Source of the DNA: Lytechinus pictus
Lineage: Eukaryota
Assembly: GCF_037042905.1 (NCBI RefSeq)
Contig: NC_087245.1
Coordinates: 25,732,001 to 25,796,000, forward strand
Direction of reading: 5' to 3'
Length of the DNA stretch: 64,000 nt
Shown: piece by piece, positions 28,250-40,354 of the stretch
Position numbering within the stretch: position 1 is the stretch's first letter
How the letters are laid out: the number at the start of each line of letters is the position of its first letter
Position numbers and translations under genes: made by a program
Notes under the pieces: generated by a model
The model's database searches: none
What the model saw: the letters and a program-made list of their open reading frames with translations, nothing else
Told to the model about the DNA's origin: nothing

Positions 28250-28520
28250 AACGTGGTCTCGGCAACTATTATGGAGTTCCAGATCGACGTTGCTGCTTTG
28301 AATGCCTAACAAGGCAGCAGCAACTCCCATCTTTAAAAATCCATCAACATGGGTGATAATTGATGGGGTAAAGTATAAAACGTGAGAAACTTTTGACCAA
28401 TCCGAAACATGTGATAGGGATTATCCGCAGATGGTACCTTAAAGAAAAGCGCTGACCGGCGTAAAAGTCTTGATAATGAACCGAATATCAATTATCAATC
28501 ATACTTTATGGCTGCACGAA
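28250..28520 (-). pseudogene. Possible C-terminal remnant of a further cGLR-like copy (copy 6)
   Basis: FIIKT and IGQKFLTF..L..L in different frames; weak. Confidence 0.25.
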
Positions 28521-29251
28521 TAGATGATTTCACATAGTTGGGTCTATTATATTGTTTTGCGGGAAACTAATGAGGTAATCTTTGTTAGAATAAATGACCT
28601 GACGGTCATAATGCGTGTAAGAAAGCATAATTACTAAGTCATCTTTCACACTAGCCATTTGGTGAAAACCTATTGCCTTTTTTTAAGCACTGTTCAGAGA
28701 TATTTGCAAACGCATAATCCGTGAGTGAAGTGGAGAAATAGCCCAAAGACGATATTCTATTTTAGAAATTTTATGTTTCTTTGGAAGTAGATCTATATAT
28801 AGCACAGGTTCAAATAACGAAATAAACTGAAAATGAAATAGATATGATTCTGATGCAAAGAGGAAAATGATAGAGAGGATTAGAGCGTACAATGGGACAC
28901 GGTCAATGCTCTCCTATATACCGCTGGCCTCAGGGGCCTGTTCACGATGTCAAACTGCGCATCAATGATTTATTTCTTATATTACATGGTATTCAAAGCT
29001 TGGTTACACACTGTGTTTTGGGTTAACCAATTTCTTTTCTTGTATTTCAAGTATAACTATTTATTTGTGTATTTAAGGATTAATGGTTTATTTGAATTTA
29101 ATCAAAACAACAAACACAAATCTAAACACAGGACAATCATTGACAGGTCATTCATAAACATGTTTCATAACCTCAAGTCAACATTTGTCATTCTCGAATA
29201 ACTCCAAGTGAACTATTTGAGAATAACTAAAACTCCAGGTCAAGTTGACAC

Positions 29252-29385
29252 CAGGGGCCCGTAACACAAATTTAACAATGATCGTAGAACAATTTTCTAC
29301 GATTGAGTCGATTGACTACAATGTACAATCAATCTTGAAAATCAAGCGTACGATTAATCGCTAACCTTTGTGTTACGGAACCCAG
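29252..29385. mobile_element. ~135-bp MITE, three copies in the window (also 38527-38663 and, inverted, 40035-40169)
   Basis: GGGCCCGTAACACAAA ... TTTGTGTTACGGAACCC with a shared interior. Confidence 0.85.
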
Positions 29386-29820
29386 AATGTCCATGATACC
29401 AAAGGTTCTTATTTAAATATCTGATTTGAAGCCATTTTAATCTTTTCAAAAGCACATCCTCCAACCCCTTGAAAAAAAATGGTAAGATGAGAAAACGTTC
29501 TTTAAAGGTAGGCATAATAACTTCATGTTAACTACTCGCATTCAATGAAAACTTGAGGTTAATTATTAGACAATAACAGCTCCAGGCCATATTAAATCTA
29601 GATTTCCTATTACATCTAAGACTTTTGTCACATGTACTCTACTCATAGCATTTATCAATGCTATTATTTTTGAAGGATATGCAATGCACGCCCTTCCACC
29701 CACATAAATAAAAACAACGGATGGTCCCATAAAGCATGTATATCCTTACTCAAATTCATCTCTTCTCTTTCAATGATTAATCCATGTCAAATATTTGATA
29801 ATACCAATAACTATATGTCA

Positions 29821-30236
29821 AGTAGCTTATGCAAAGTCTTCATAGCCTATTATACAAGATCATTTATTTTGGAAATAAGGATAACAGTCATTACAGCTCC
29901 AAGGGTGGAAGTTGTTAATTATAGTACATTTCCTTAATATTATTATTTTTCTTCTTCTTCTAAGTTTGGACTAGTGGGCTACAAAGTTCGAGTGAATTAA
30001 TCGTTGATGGTTTTTCCCCCAAGTAGCTTATACAAAATCTTCAGAGCCTATCATATATTAAAGATCATTTGTTTTGAAGATAAGGATAACAGTCATTGCA
30101 GCTCCGAGGCTAGAAGTTGATAATTGTATTTTATTTCTTTAATACTATTATTTCTTTTTATTCTTCATCTTCTTCTTCTAAGTTTGGACTAGTAAACTAA
30201 AATGTTCGAGTGTCTTAATCTTTGATGGTTTTTTCC
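29821..30236. repeat. Two-copy ~200-bp tandem duplication
   Basis: AAGTAGCTTAT...AAGGATAACAGTCATT...GATGGTTTTT at about 29821 and 30021. Confidence 0.85.
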
Positions 30237-30805
30237 ACTGAACCTTCACCAAACTAAGTTTGGCCCATTGGTAAATTTTAAAAAAGCGAAGTCTCATGTC
30301 AAATATTTATCCAGCCTTGTTGATAGTTTTGCTCTAAAGCAATTTCGTTCTTGAAATTCAAAATGGCCGCTATTGCTAAGCTAGTTTTTACTCTCTTGGA
30401 TCGCAAATAACTCCGAATGGTAATGTCTGTCATGATTTGAAAGTAAACAATGTTTTATTATTGGGACGTGAGTCATTCGCCCGACTAGCTGTTTATTTCT
30501 GTAGGCCTCCGTATGTAAGCTTTTCAGAAAGCAAAATGAAGCACTTAAGACTAGGCCTTCTCTTTATATATGTTTATGTATGTCAATTACTGCATGGACT
30601 GTTAGAGCCTATAGATCTAATGCGAATTATGAGTATGCCGCTATATCGGAATACCAGATGGCTACCTGGGGAAATTGTTTAAATATCTTGGCACATAATC
30701 AAATTACATGACTGGTATTTATGTTCGCATTCCGGAAAATAAAGAAAGCATGTTATTGTGAGTAGAGTTTAAGAGTACACCTATAATTGCATATGTCGAC
30801 TGCTA

Positions 30806-32493
30806 AAGCCCCTTTCACAATTGACGTACAACCATTTGCGACCTTTTGGTCGTGCGACAGGCTGCAACAGGCATCAATCGCTAGTCATCTCATAAGATTG
30901 CACAGAGGCTTTCACAAATGCAACAGCTGTCGTACGACACAAACAACCTGTAAACCCTGTTGCACGAGTAAGTGGCATATGCTCTTATTGTGCTCGTGAG
31001 ATCACATGCGAGTGTTGCACGAGGGATTGCGAGTGGAACGGTTGCATACATGCAAATGCAACGGTAGTGCAATGTTGTAAGCCGTGTTGCGATCGGTCTT
31101 GCAACAGTCTTATGGCCTATATATTATCGCACCCAGTCGCAAGACTGGTCTCTACAGTGCGTATAAAAAAAAAAGTTAACACTTTGAAAAAGCCCTGGGA
31201 ATTAAAAAATATACATTATGTGGGTATTTTTTTCACATATAATCTTGGGTTTGGGTCTCATTTATCCAATGAAAGTAAAAGTTTTGACAGAATGTCACAC
31301 TTGAGTGAGCACTGTTCATTTTTGTAAGGCTCGCAGAAATCTGTTTGCGCAGAAATGCTCGTTTTCACGATGTGTTAAGGGGAAAGGGCGAAATCAAACT
31401 TACCCTGCGAAACATTTCTCATACATTACCCTTGCACTTTTAGTCAATAGAAATAAAACGGATACATTCAAGCATTTTGTAACAATTTTGCCACCCAAAT
31501 TGAAATTTCAACACTTAGTAAGCACAACCTTTACCTTTTTTGTGCCAGCTGGATCTCAGGACATAACTGAATCTGAACAGAAGTTTATATCAGACATCTC
31601 CAGCATTTTTTGACTAAGTTTTTATCATTTAAAGTAGGTTTACATTTTATTTTTCATTTAATACTTGTTTCTCCACACTTTTCCCAAGCTTGACAATGAT
31701 TAACAAAATGAAAATCAAGCCTAAGCCACTTCATGTAAATCACAGCTCAGTGTAAAGCAAATATCGTCACGATGGCCTCGGTGTGTGGGGGAGTGTGGTA
31801 GGGCGCAATGCACTCTTCGAAGTGTTTTGGGCAAGGAAACAAGTTTAAAAAGGTAAAAGATATCTTCAAATCAATTTTACTAGCTAAATTCCACGTGTTC
31901 TTCATGATTAAGGTCTACTTTTATTCGCATAAATATTTCAAAGCTTTGCGCAAATCATTTTTCACTAACTTTTCAAAAGTAAGTGGTGCTCACTCAAGCG
32001 GAAATATTTTTCGACAGTTATATCGTCATTTGCTTAAATGGATCTTTACCAATGTTAAAGAGTGGAAAAATCTTCAGGATATTACAAATATAAAATTTTA
32101 CAGGATTTTTTCTAAGTGTAAACTTTTTTTTGATACGCACTGTATAGGTCGCTAGCACATGTGCAAGTGTTGTACGACCTCCAGTCGACTAAATGCGACT
32201 ACTTAGTTGTGCCACCTCTCGCATCAAGTCATACAACGGTGAACAAAACTTACACGATGATCTCCAGACCGATGGTATGATCTGATGCGAGTGAATCGAT
32301 CGTATTTGATCGCGTTTGGATTTTGAACATCTTCAAAGTTCAGATGCGACCAGTCACGACCACCTCGAGTTCGTGCGATCGTCTACAACGACTGCGAGTG
32401 CTCGCAAGACACCAAGAGATCGATCGTGCAACAACAGGAAAAAATTGTTGCAGGCGGTCGTAAACAGGTCGTACGTCAATTGTGAAGGGGCTT
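30806..32493. mobile_element. PIF/Harbinger-like non-autonomous element hosting a Tc1-like MITE
   Basis: TIR AAGCCCCTTTCACAATTGACGTAC / GTACGTCAATTGTGAAGGGGCTT; TSD ambiguous. Confidence 0.75.
31155..32142. mobile_element. Tc1/mariner non-autonomous element, TA TSD
   Basis: TA|CAGTGCGTATAAAAAAAAAAGTTAACACTT ... AAGTGTAAACTTTTTTTTGATACGCACTG|TA. Confidence 0.9.
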
Positions 32494-35012
32494 TTACCAA
32501 AGGTATGTCGCCATGGATGACACAGGAAGTTCTGTATTTTTTTAATAAGCATTGTTGAACGATGTTTAAGCCTTGACGGCAAGTCATAAAAACTGTGACA
32601 CAAAATATCTTAACTTCTCCATGCACTGGGAAGAATAGTGTCTCAAAGTGTGTGCCACAGTATGTTCACAGTATGGAACACACTATGAAATCACCTTCGC
32701 ACTGTTAAAATTTGAGTATTCCAACTGTGTGGATCACATATTCACATGGTCGACCGTGTAAACAAGCTGTGAACAGTCGCATATCCAGGTGTCCACAGTG
32801 TGAAAATATCTCCACATTGTTGAAATTTGTTATTTTTACAGTAAACGAGTAGCAAATAGGCATGAGTGCGATGGTGCGAGATTTCGCATAAGATGAAAGA
32901 AAGATGCTCTATTCACCATGGACCTATCAGAGATGGACATCAATCGGTTAGATAATAAATTCACTAACCGTTGACTATCATTGTCATCTGAAATCCGCCA
33001 TTTCACACGGTACCAAAATAGTAATTTGAATGATGATTCCAGTGAAAAATGTATTTTAAGGACGAAATTTTAGCACGTGTGAAACCGAAGTAGAATCACG
33101 AACGCTAATCACAATCCCGAATTCAAATTCTACTCGGGAGGTGCATTCCAATTAAGTTTCACTCAAATTACGGTGCGGATTTTACGTCTGAAAGGGTTGA
33201 CCTCCAAAACATCTTTTGAGGGGCGGAGCTTACGTGACTTTTCAAGCACTTCCTTAGATCATGCACTCATCGTAGTTTCTTTTTGCGTTGCAGTGCTTTG
33301 ATTGGGTTTCATCGACAAGTCACCAAGGACACAATAGCGCCCTCGCTCAGGAATTCGAATTCGAATTCAAATTCAAATCACAGTTTTCGAGTGAACGTGT
33401 GAATGGTACAATGATTCTAAAGACGAAGTGCAATTATCATTACAATGACGATTCAAGATTCTCGTCTAAAAAGGCCCTAACATTCTCTTCATATTAGTCA
33501 AATGGGTGTGCATTACAAGACTACAATGCTGAGAATATTGCATTATGGGATAGGAACCTGACCAGATATGAGTAATAAAGGAATTGAGGTGGCTCGTGGT
33601 TCGTATTTGCTTCAATAAAGTCATTAAAACGTAGAGATGTATGTAACATAGTTCATATACATGCACATAATGGAGATGTGCTAAAATCTGATTGAACAAA
33701 TAATAAAAGCAAGCTAGAGAAAATGAAAGATACACGAACTCTCACTCTACAAGATGAAGGTATAATGAATGGCAGGAAAATGAGCTTAAAGGCCACTTAA
33801 TGATGGACTTAATCCTGTAGGAGTATTCCAAATTTTGAGAACCCTCGAAAATGTAAATTTTGTGAGATTGGCACTTTTTTAAAGAGTATCTACCTTCTTT
33901 CATGTCCATGAACATTTTCCTTAAATTAAAGTTTGGTATGAAACTACTTGGAACGAACTTTGATAACACCAATACAATATCTGTCATTTTCAAAACCTTT
34001 TTTTTCTGTTGTTTGTCTTAAAAAAGCACCCCCTCTTCAAAAATCTTTCCAAGGGTCTGTTACAACAACTTTGGCAACTCTTTTTATTTAAATATGTTGT
34101 GAAGGAAATTGGGATATAGAATATATCCCAATTATATTATATATATATATAAATAATATATATATATATTGTAATGCCTCCAATGACAACTTAATGACTA
34201 CTAAAACAATAATAATGACTAAACACATAAATATGTAAATTATTATGTAATTGATTTACAAAGTGTTTTGTCCCCTGATACGCTGCATTCCACCCAATTA
34301 ATAAAAAAAAACGATGTTAGTTGTGATGAAGATAAACAAGTTATGGATCAACACAGCATCTCCTTTCACTACAGTATCTTTTGGGTCTATTCTAGGCTGC
34401 CTTTTACCAAGCCGAAATGCATTTGTCATGGCATTGACGTTGGAATAAATGAAAATTGATAATGGGTTTTGTAAAATCACAAACACATATTTCAGTAGGC
34501 TTTTGATTGTGCGGGATCTGGTTGGAATTGAAAACAAGTTCTTGAAAGGTCAAGTAATTCTTCACGTCCAGCAATGTTTTATGGCTTCATCAATCGTTAC
34601 ACAATTCGTGGCAATATCTTACCGTAATTATATCAGTATCTTCATGAATAGCTTTATGCGTATCAGACTATGGAAACGATAACAATTTTTTCTATTTTTT
34701 TTTGTCTGAAAGAGTTTTAAGATAGTGTATATGACGGCTTAACATTTGACTTTGTCACACTTGGAGGGTCGTTTTTATACATTTATTAATGTAAGCGATA
34801 TTTTGTAGTGTATGGTAGTATTTTCTTGCCATTAGTAAAACTACTTTGATAATGAAAACAAAAAAGCATCGTACATTCTCTCCACACGATGTGTTTTCGG
34901 GAGCATACATCAGTGGTTAATACACGATGATTGAAAAAAAATATTATGTAGTGTGATTGGTTCTTTCGTTCGTGCCTTTTTAAAAAAGGGTATCAATTGA
35001 GCCCTTTATATA

Positions 35013-35067
<55 letters not shown>

Positions 35068-35383
35068 CAATATTACAATTAATCACCCAAAAATACTGCT
35101 GTTTACATGCAGTAAGTTGTAATGAAATGAAGGGAATTGAAAGTGCTATTGAAAGACCCCAAAGACCCAGGTAAAATTACCCCACATTAGATACATATAT
35201 ATTTATTTGTATATATTTGTCATGTTTGTACATCATATGTGTATGTTTGTGTATATGTACATATGTATGTATATATATGTATAAGTGTATTCATGTATAT
35301 AGATATATATGCGTATGTGCATGTATGTATTTCGGATTAAATTGTGGTCTACAGCAACGTCAAATCGTCTTGTCATTTTTTCG

Positions 35384-35433
<50 letters not shown>

Positions 35434-35561
35434 ACAGCTTTGGCAACTCTTTTATTTAAATATTGTAAAGAAATGGATGAAGAGAACAATGGTAGGCGTA
35501 GCTTAAATCAAGGTCCCCCAGAGCTATCTACCCTTTGGAAAAATTGGTGATGCCGAAAAAA

Positions 35562-35633
35562 TGTCTCTGCCGGGAATCGAACCCGGGCCCCCAGCTTTGA
35601 TCGCCGGTGCCTTAACCACTAGACCACAGAGAC
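35562..35633 (-). tRNA. tRNA-like gene, anticodon TCA, copy 1
   Basis: Reverse complement identical to 36098-36169. Confidence 0.7.
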
Positions 35634-35966
35634 GGGTTAGTGGCTAGGGCGACCCCGATCCGATTGACCGTCAGATAGACAGATTTTCGACACTATACCA
35701 ATTATAATTTCCTTTGTCGGGTGAAGGTGGGTTTCGAACAATGACAAGCCGCCATGCTTCAGCTGGATCAAAGCTATTGCTTTGATACAGTACACGTATG
35801 GGAGAAAGTATACAAATGTGTAAAGTTATACATGTACAACAGCTTTGGCAACTCTTTTATTTAAATATTGTAAAGAAATGGATGAAGAGAACAATGGTAG
35901 GCGTAGCTTAAATCAAGGTCCCCCAGAGCTATCTACCCTTTGGAAAAATTGGTGATGCCGAAAAAA

Positions 35967-36038
35967 TGTCTCTGCCGGGAATCGAACCCGGGCCCCCAGC
36001 TTTGATCGCCGGTGCCTTAACCACTAGACCACAGAGAC
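35967..36038 (-). tRNA. tRNA-like gene, anticodon TCA, copy 2
   Basis: Reverse complement identical to 36098-36169. Confidence 0.7.
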
Positions 36039-36097
36039 GGGTTAGTGGCTAGGGCGACCCCGATCAATCGGATCGGGGTCGCCCTAGCCACTAACCC

Positions 36098-36169
36098 GTC
36101 TCTGTGGTCTAGTGGTTAAGGCACCGGCGATCAAAGCTGGGGGCCCGGGTTCGATTCCCGGCAGAGACA
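36098..36169 (+). tRNA. tRNA-like gene, anticodon TCA, copy 3
   Basis: GTCTCTG TG GTCT AGTGGTTA AGGC A CCGGC GATCAAA GCTGG GGGC CCGGG TTCGATT CCCGG CAGAGAC A + T6: full 72-nt cloverleaf with non-canonical G32/A33. Confidence 0.7.
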
Positions 36170-36502
36170 TTTTTTCGGCATCACCAATTTTTCCAAAGGG
36201 TAGATAGCTCTGGGGGACCTTGATTTAAGCCACGCCTACCATTGTTCTCTTCATCCATTTCTTTACAATATTTAAATAAAAGAGTTGCCAAAGCTGTTGT
36301 ACATGTATAACTTTACACATTTGTATACTTTCTCCCATACGTGTACTGTATCAAAGCAATAGCTTTGATCCAGCTGAAGCATGGCGGCTTGTCATTGTTC
36401 GAAACCCACCTTCACCCGACAAAGGAAATTATAATTGGTATAGTGTCGAAAATCTGTCTATCTGACGGTCAATCGGATCGGGGTCGCCCTAGCCACTAAC
36501 CC

Positions 36503-36574
36503 GTCTCTGTGGTCTAGTGGTTAAGGCACCGGCGATCAAAGCTGGGGGCCCGGGTTCGATTCCCGGCAGAGACA
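36503..36574 (+). tRNA. tRNA-like gene, anticodon TCA, copy 4
   Basis: Identical to 36098-36169, followed by T6. Confidence 0.7.
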
Positions 36575-39439
36575 TTTTTTCGGCATCACCAATTTTTCCA
36601 AAGGGTAGATAGCTCTGGGGGACCTTGATTTAAGCTCCGCCTACCATTGTTCTCTTCATCCATTTCTTTACAATATATATATATATATATATATACATAT
36701 ACATAGCGCTTAATACATCGGAAAGACATCTCTAAGTGTTCTACTTACATAACCCTAACGGATATCCATTAAGCTCACCTGAGAATGGCAAATGTATATC
36801 AATGCTTTTACCAAGGAAAATAGCGTCACAGATTCAAACTCTGAAATTGTATTTTTTCAGTCTGGAGACATTATTATGATATCATGGAATACGAAATGAT
36901 AGTTGGTGTGTTACATCGTTAGGTCCGTATTTTACGTAATGCCAAGATGGGCAGTCTGACGAGCTATTTTCAAAGGAAGCTCAACTTAGAAAATATCATA
37001 ACTTTCTTATTTCACATGAGATTTGGGTGGATTTTCCAATGCGTTGGATATCCGACTGTTTGTTCGAATCAACTTCCTGTGGGGTTGGGCGTGGCCCTTT
37101 CACAATTAACCCTCGGAATAGGCTTTATACGCCTACTGTTGTTTAATATTACTAACATTAATCTTATTATCAAAAAAATAAAAACAGGCCGTGTTGGAAA
37201 CTATCCTGTTTTATTTCACTTTGAAATATCTTCATCAATAATACCGCTTGCTTGAGAATTCCATTTAAGTGCCGAATTTTACTATTCAATGAGTAATCCC
37301 CTTGTTTGTGTTACACTTTTTCTCAAAACCAGACCTATATGAAGATATTTGTGAAAGTGGGTCATGTGTCAGATTTCATAAATTTGACATAGAGATCAGA
37401 CAATACCTCTCAAATCTTTACCAATGCAGATGTGTGCTGATCCAAAGACTAGAGCCCATGAGGCTGATGAAACAGTGTTTAGCCTCGGGTATACACCGAG
37501 GATCATTCATCAACTAAAGATCAGTTGCACTTTACCCAAATCAACTGTCTCTTTCATTTTCGCTCTCTTTTGTGACAGAGTTGCCTACATACTATTCACT
37601 TGATATAAATCGGTTCAATGGGCTCTAACTTCCGTTATTCTATGCAATGATAACCCGTAATCGTCATTTTGCAAAAATCCAGAAAGAAAATGATCTTTCA
37701 TTTACAAACATTTAACCGATAGACTTATCAGTCATGATGCTTCACATTGTCTACCGTCAGTTTTATTTGACGACGCTGTGTTCATGACTTATCACGGTTA
37801 TTTTTTTTTCTCCTACACCCCCCCCCCTGGTTACATGATTATGAAGAAAAAATAGAAATGACAAAAAAATCCAACGCTTCGCCGCAAGGTTGCATTAAGT
37901 CTGCATTACATCACCCCAGATTTTCAACAACTTCGTTATCTCCAATAAAACAACTGATTGTCTTAAAGATATTGATATTAGGATTGTCTAATGTAAAAAT
38001 TAGGACCTGCCATACAATATTCGTTGACATAATTTTGCTTTCCGTGAAGAAACCTTTTTGCTAGTTGTCAAAATCCTTACAACCTCCTCTCTGGTCCAAT
38101 ATCATTTCAACTGAGAGTAATGGATTATATCATAGTCACGTGTCAATCCCACTGACATTACAAAACTGCATTTATTTGATTCTCACTTGTTCTTTCTATT
38201 CACTTACTTCTGTTGTCATCCTGTCTCCTCTCCTCCTTTTCCTAATACAAAAACGAGTAAAATTTATCCCAATATTGGGTAGTAAGGCAACATGCATGTT
38301 TGCTGGGTCCTTTTTTTTTACCCCATATTGGGCAAAATGCATGTTTAAAGGGTAAATTTCAACGCAACATTGCGTAAAATTTACAAAATATTTGGTATCT
38401 TTTTATCGAACCGACAAACATGTTCCCATTTTATCCAATATTGGGTAAACCTTTTTTTTAAGAGTCACGTCATGTTCATGACGCTGCACAAAATGCTACG
38501 TCATTGCCATTTCTGCATGTATTGACCAGGGACCCGAAACACAAAACTTAGCAAATCATCGTAAAAACATTTCTTTACGATTGATTGCATTGACTACAAT
38601 GTGCAATTAATCGTCAAAAGCAAGCGTATGATTAATCGTTAACCTTTGTGTTGCGGGACCCAGGTGACTTCAAATCATCTTTTAGGGTGTTTAGAAGGAG
38701 TGTCTGGCAGACCTGGGGATTAGTTTTTAACTCAATCTTCATACAAAATCAGCCTGAATATGTTATTTTCCGTGAAACGACATCGAGAGAATCGAATACT
38801 TCGGTGTTTCGAAAATTAGACGTATTGGAGGTCATCGTCGTTGCCATGGAAACGTATCTAATATCGTCGTAGTCTGCTAACGAGATTACTAATGTGTGCT
38901 CTCACTAGTCACTGTTGCATCTTCCTCTTCTTGTTTTTAAATATAAATATGGTGACCATTTATTTCCAATTTTGAAACCCTTATGAAATCTAAGAAGAAA
39001 AAAACAGAGACTCGCTATTTTTATCAATACTAACCATTCCCCTTTGACAGCGTAGAGCTTTTTCAGAATCCCGCATTGCTAATGTATCTCAGCCCAGAAA
39101 CCAGGGCTAAACATGTCACATGTTAGAATATCAATTTAAACTTATATGTAATGAAGAGTCTATTTGCTTTCTTCGTCAAATGAGACAAATAAAAATAAAC
39201 TATTTTTATGATCATCATCAAAATTACCATTTAGAATAAAATTGATAATGATGATGGTGATAATAATGATGTTAATGAAGTTGTTATTGTCATTAAAGGT
39301 ATCGTTATTGCATCGATGCCAAACCTAGGTTAGTCTGCAAGCACAAACTCATATTTCACACTTTAACCAATAAAGGTCTAGAGTGAAATAGACGCCTAAG
39401 GTCACACGGGCCTAACTACAACTGGCAGGCCAAAGATAT

Positions 39440-39840
39440 TCATTCGAGCCTACCCATTGCTCAATTTTGAAATTTGATATTGCTGATTGACAAAAATTAA
39501 TGAATATGATTGACAATCTAACACTGATTCTAGGGAGGGTATCTACTGAACTTCTTTTTTCCAAATTGGAAAGATATATCGCTACTTTGGAACTATTTTT
39601 TTACTGGCAGAAGAATTAAGGCCATTTTACTCTCTCAAGTTGAATGAATGAATTTGATCCTGTCAGGTGTAGTCTTCATAAACGCCGATTTATTTTTAAA
39701 ATGAGCCAGTCGAGGTACCCTTTTCTGGTCAGATATGGAATGTCAGACATATATCCTGTCCACTGGTAGTAAACATTTAACCCTCGAATTTCCTCATTAT
39801 TTTCTATGAATTTTTTAAAGTGCCACTTTAACACACGAGT
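39440..39840 (-). pseudogene. Decayed Mab-21/cGLR-like exon, copy 8; nucleotide paralog of 11060-11430
   Basis: HI*PEKG (WP motif) and KIVPK*RYIFPIWKK; aligns by eye with copy 2 including the intron flank. Confidence 0.55.
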
Positions 39841-40354
39841 CTAAATGAATTAGGTCTGTGATACCCTAAGGATCTGTCTGTGTCAAATAAGTAGATCCAG
39901 CCACAGTCCATAACGAATCTAGTCTAATTCAGACTCTGCATTAAGCACTATACAAATTGCAAAAACCAAGGGTCTGTGCCTGATGTGAAGACTAACCCTA
40001 AGTCACGACTCTAGTGCATTTCTGACATGTTCTCCTGGGTCCCGTAACACAAAGGTTAGCGATAAATCGTACGCTCGATTTTCACGAGTGATAGTACATT
40101 ATAGTCAATGCAATCAATCGTAGAAAAACGTTTTACGATCATTGCTAAGCTTTGCGTTACGGGCCCCAGGAAATAAATTCATTTTATTCATAAAAATCAC
40201 TCATGCGTGACCATACAAATGCCATTTTGTAATATCACATCCATATCAAAACGGATCATTAAAAAATCAATTATTTTTACATCATTCGATTGCAGATCAA
40301 ATTTCAACGGGCCATGTTTTACAGGTCATGTAGACGTCACGGCGCGCGTGTTAA

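Larger units (their letters stand above)
35428..36676. repeat. Palindromic element of 405-bp tRNA-bearing units inserted in (TA)n
   Basis: Arms 35460-36065 and 36071-36676 are reverse complements with 2 mismatches seen and a 5-nt spacer; (TA)n on both flanks. Confidence 0.95.
33480..38873 (-). pseudogene. Decayed Mab-21/cGLR-like gene, copy 7 (multi-exon)
   Basis: VVSRKITYSG (~38755-38785); DYDII then PLLSVEM (~38100-38140); DDYGLSL (~37645-37667); VYPR..SWALVFGSAH (~37405-37495); IVLVLSKF..IPNFNLRKMFM and KWPLSSF (ORF 33742-33993); LMTLLKQIR..HLNSF (ORF 33466-33735). Confidence 0.55.

Noticed and set aside
34298..34720. Possible LINE endonuclease fragment on the minus strand
   Set aside because: Only a weak KG..VLIHN resemblance; too degenerate to call
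36098..36169. tRNA-Sec
   Set aside because: 72 nt, 4-nt variable loop and standard 7/5 stems do not match the tRNA-Sec architecture
36373..36406. Hammerhead-like CTGAAG...GAAAC in the 405-bp unit
   Set aside because: The core is CTGAAGCA rather than CTGANGA, and no convincing stems I-III were found
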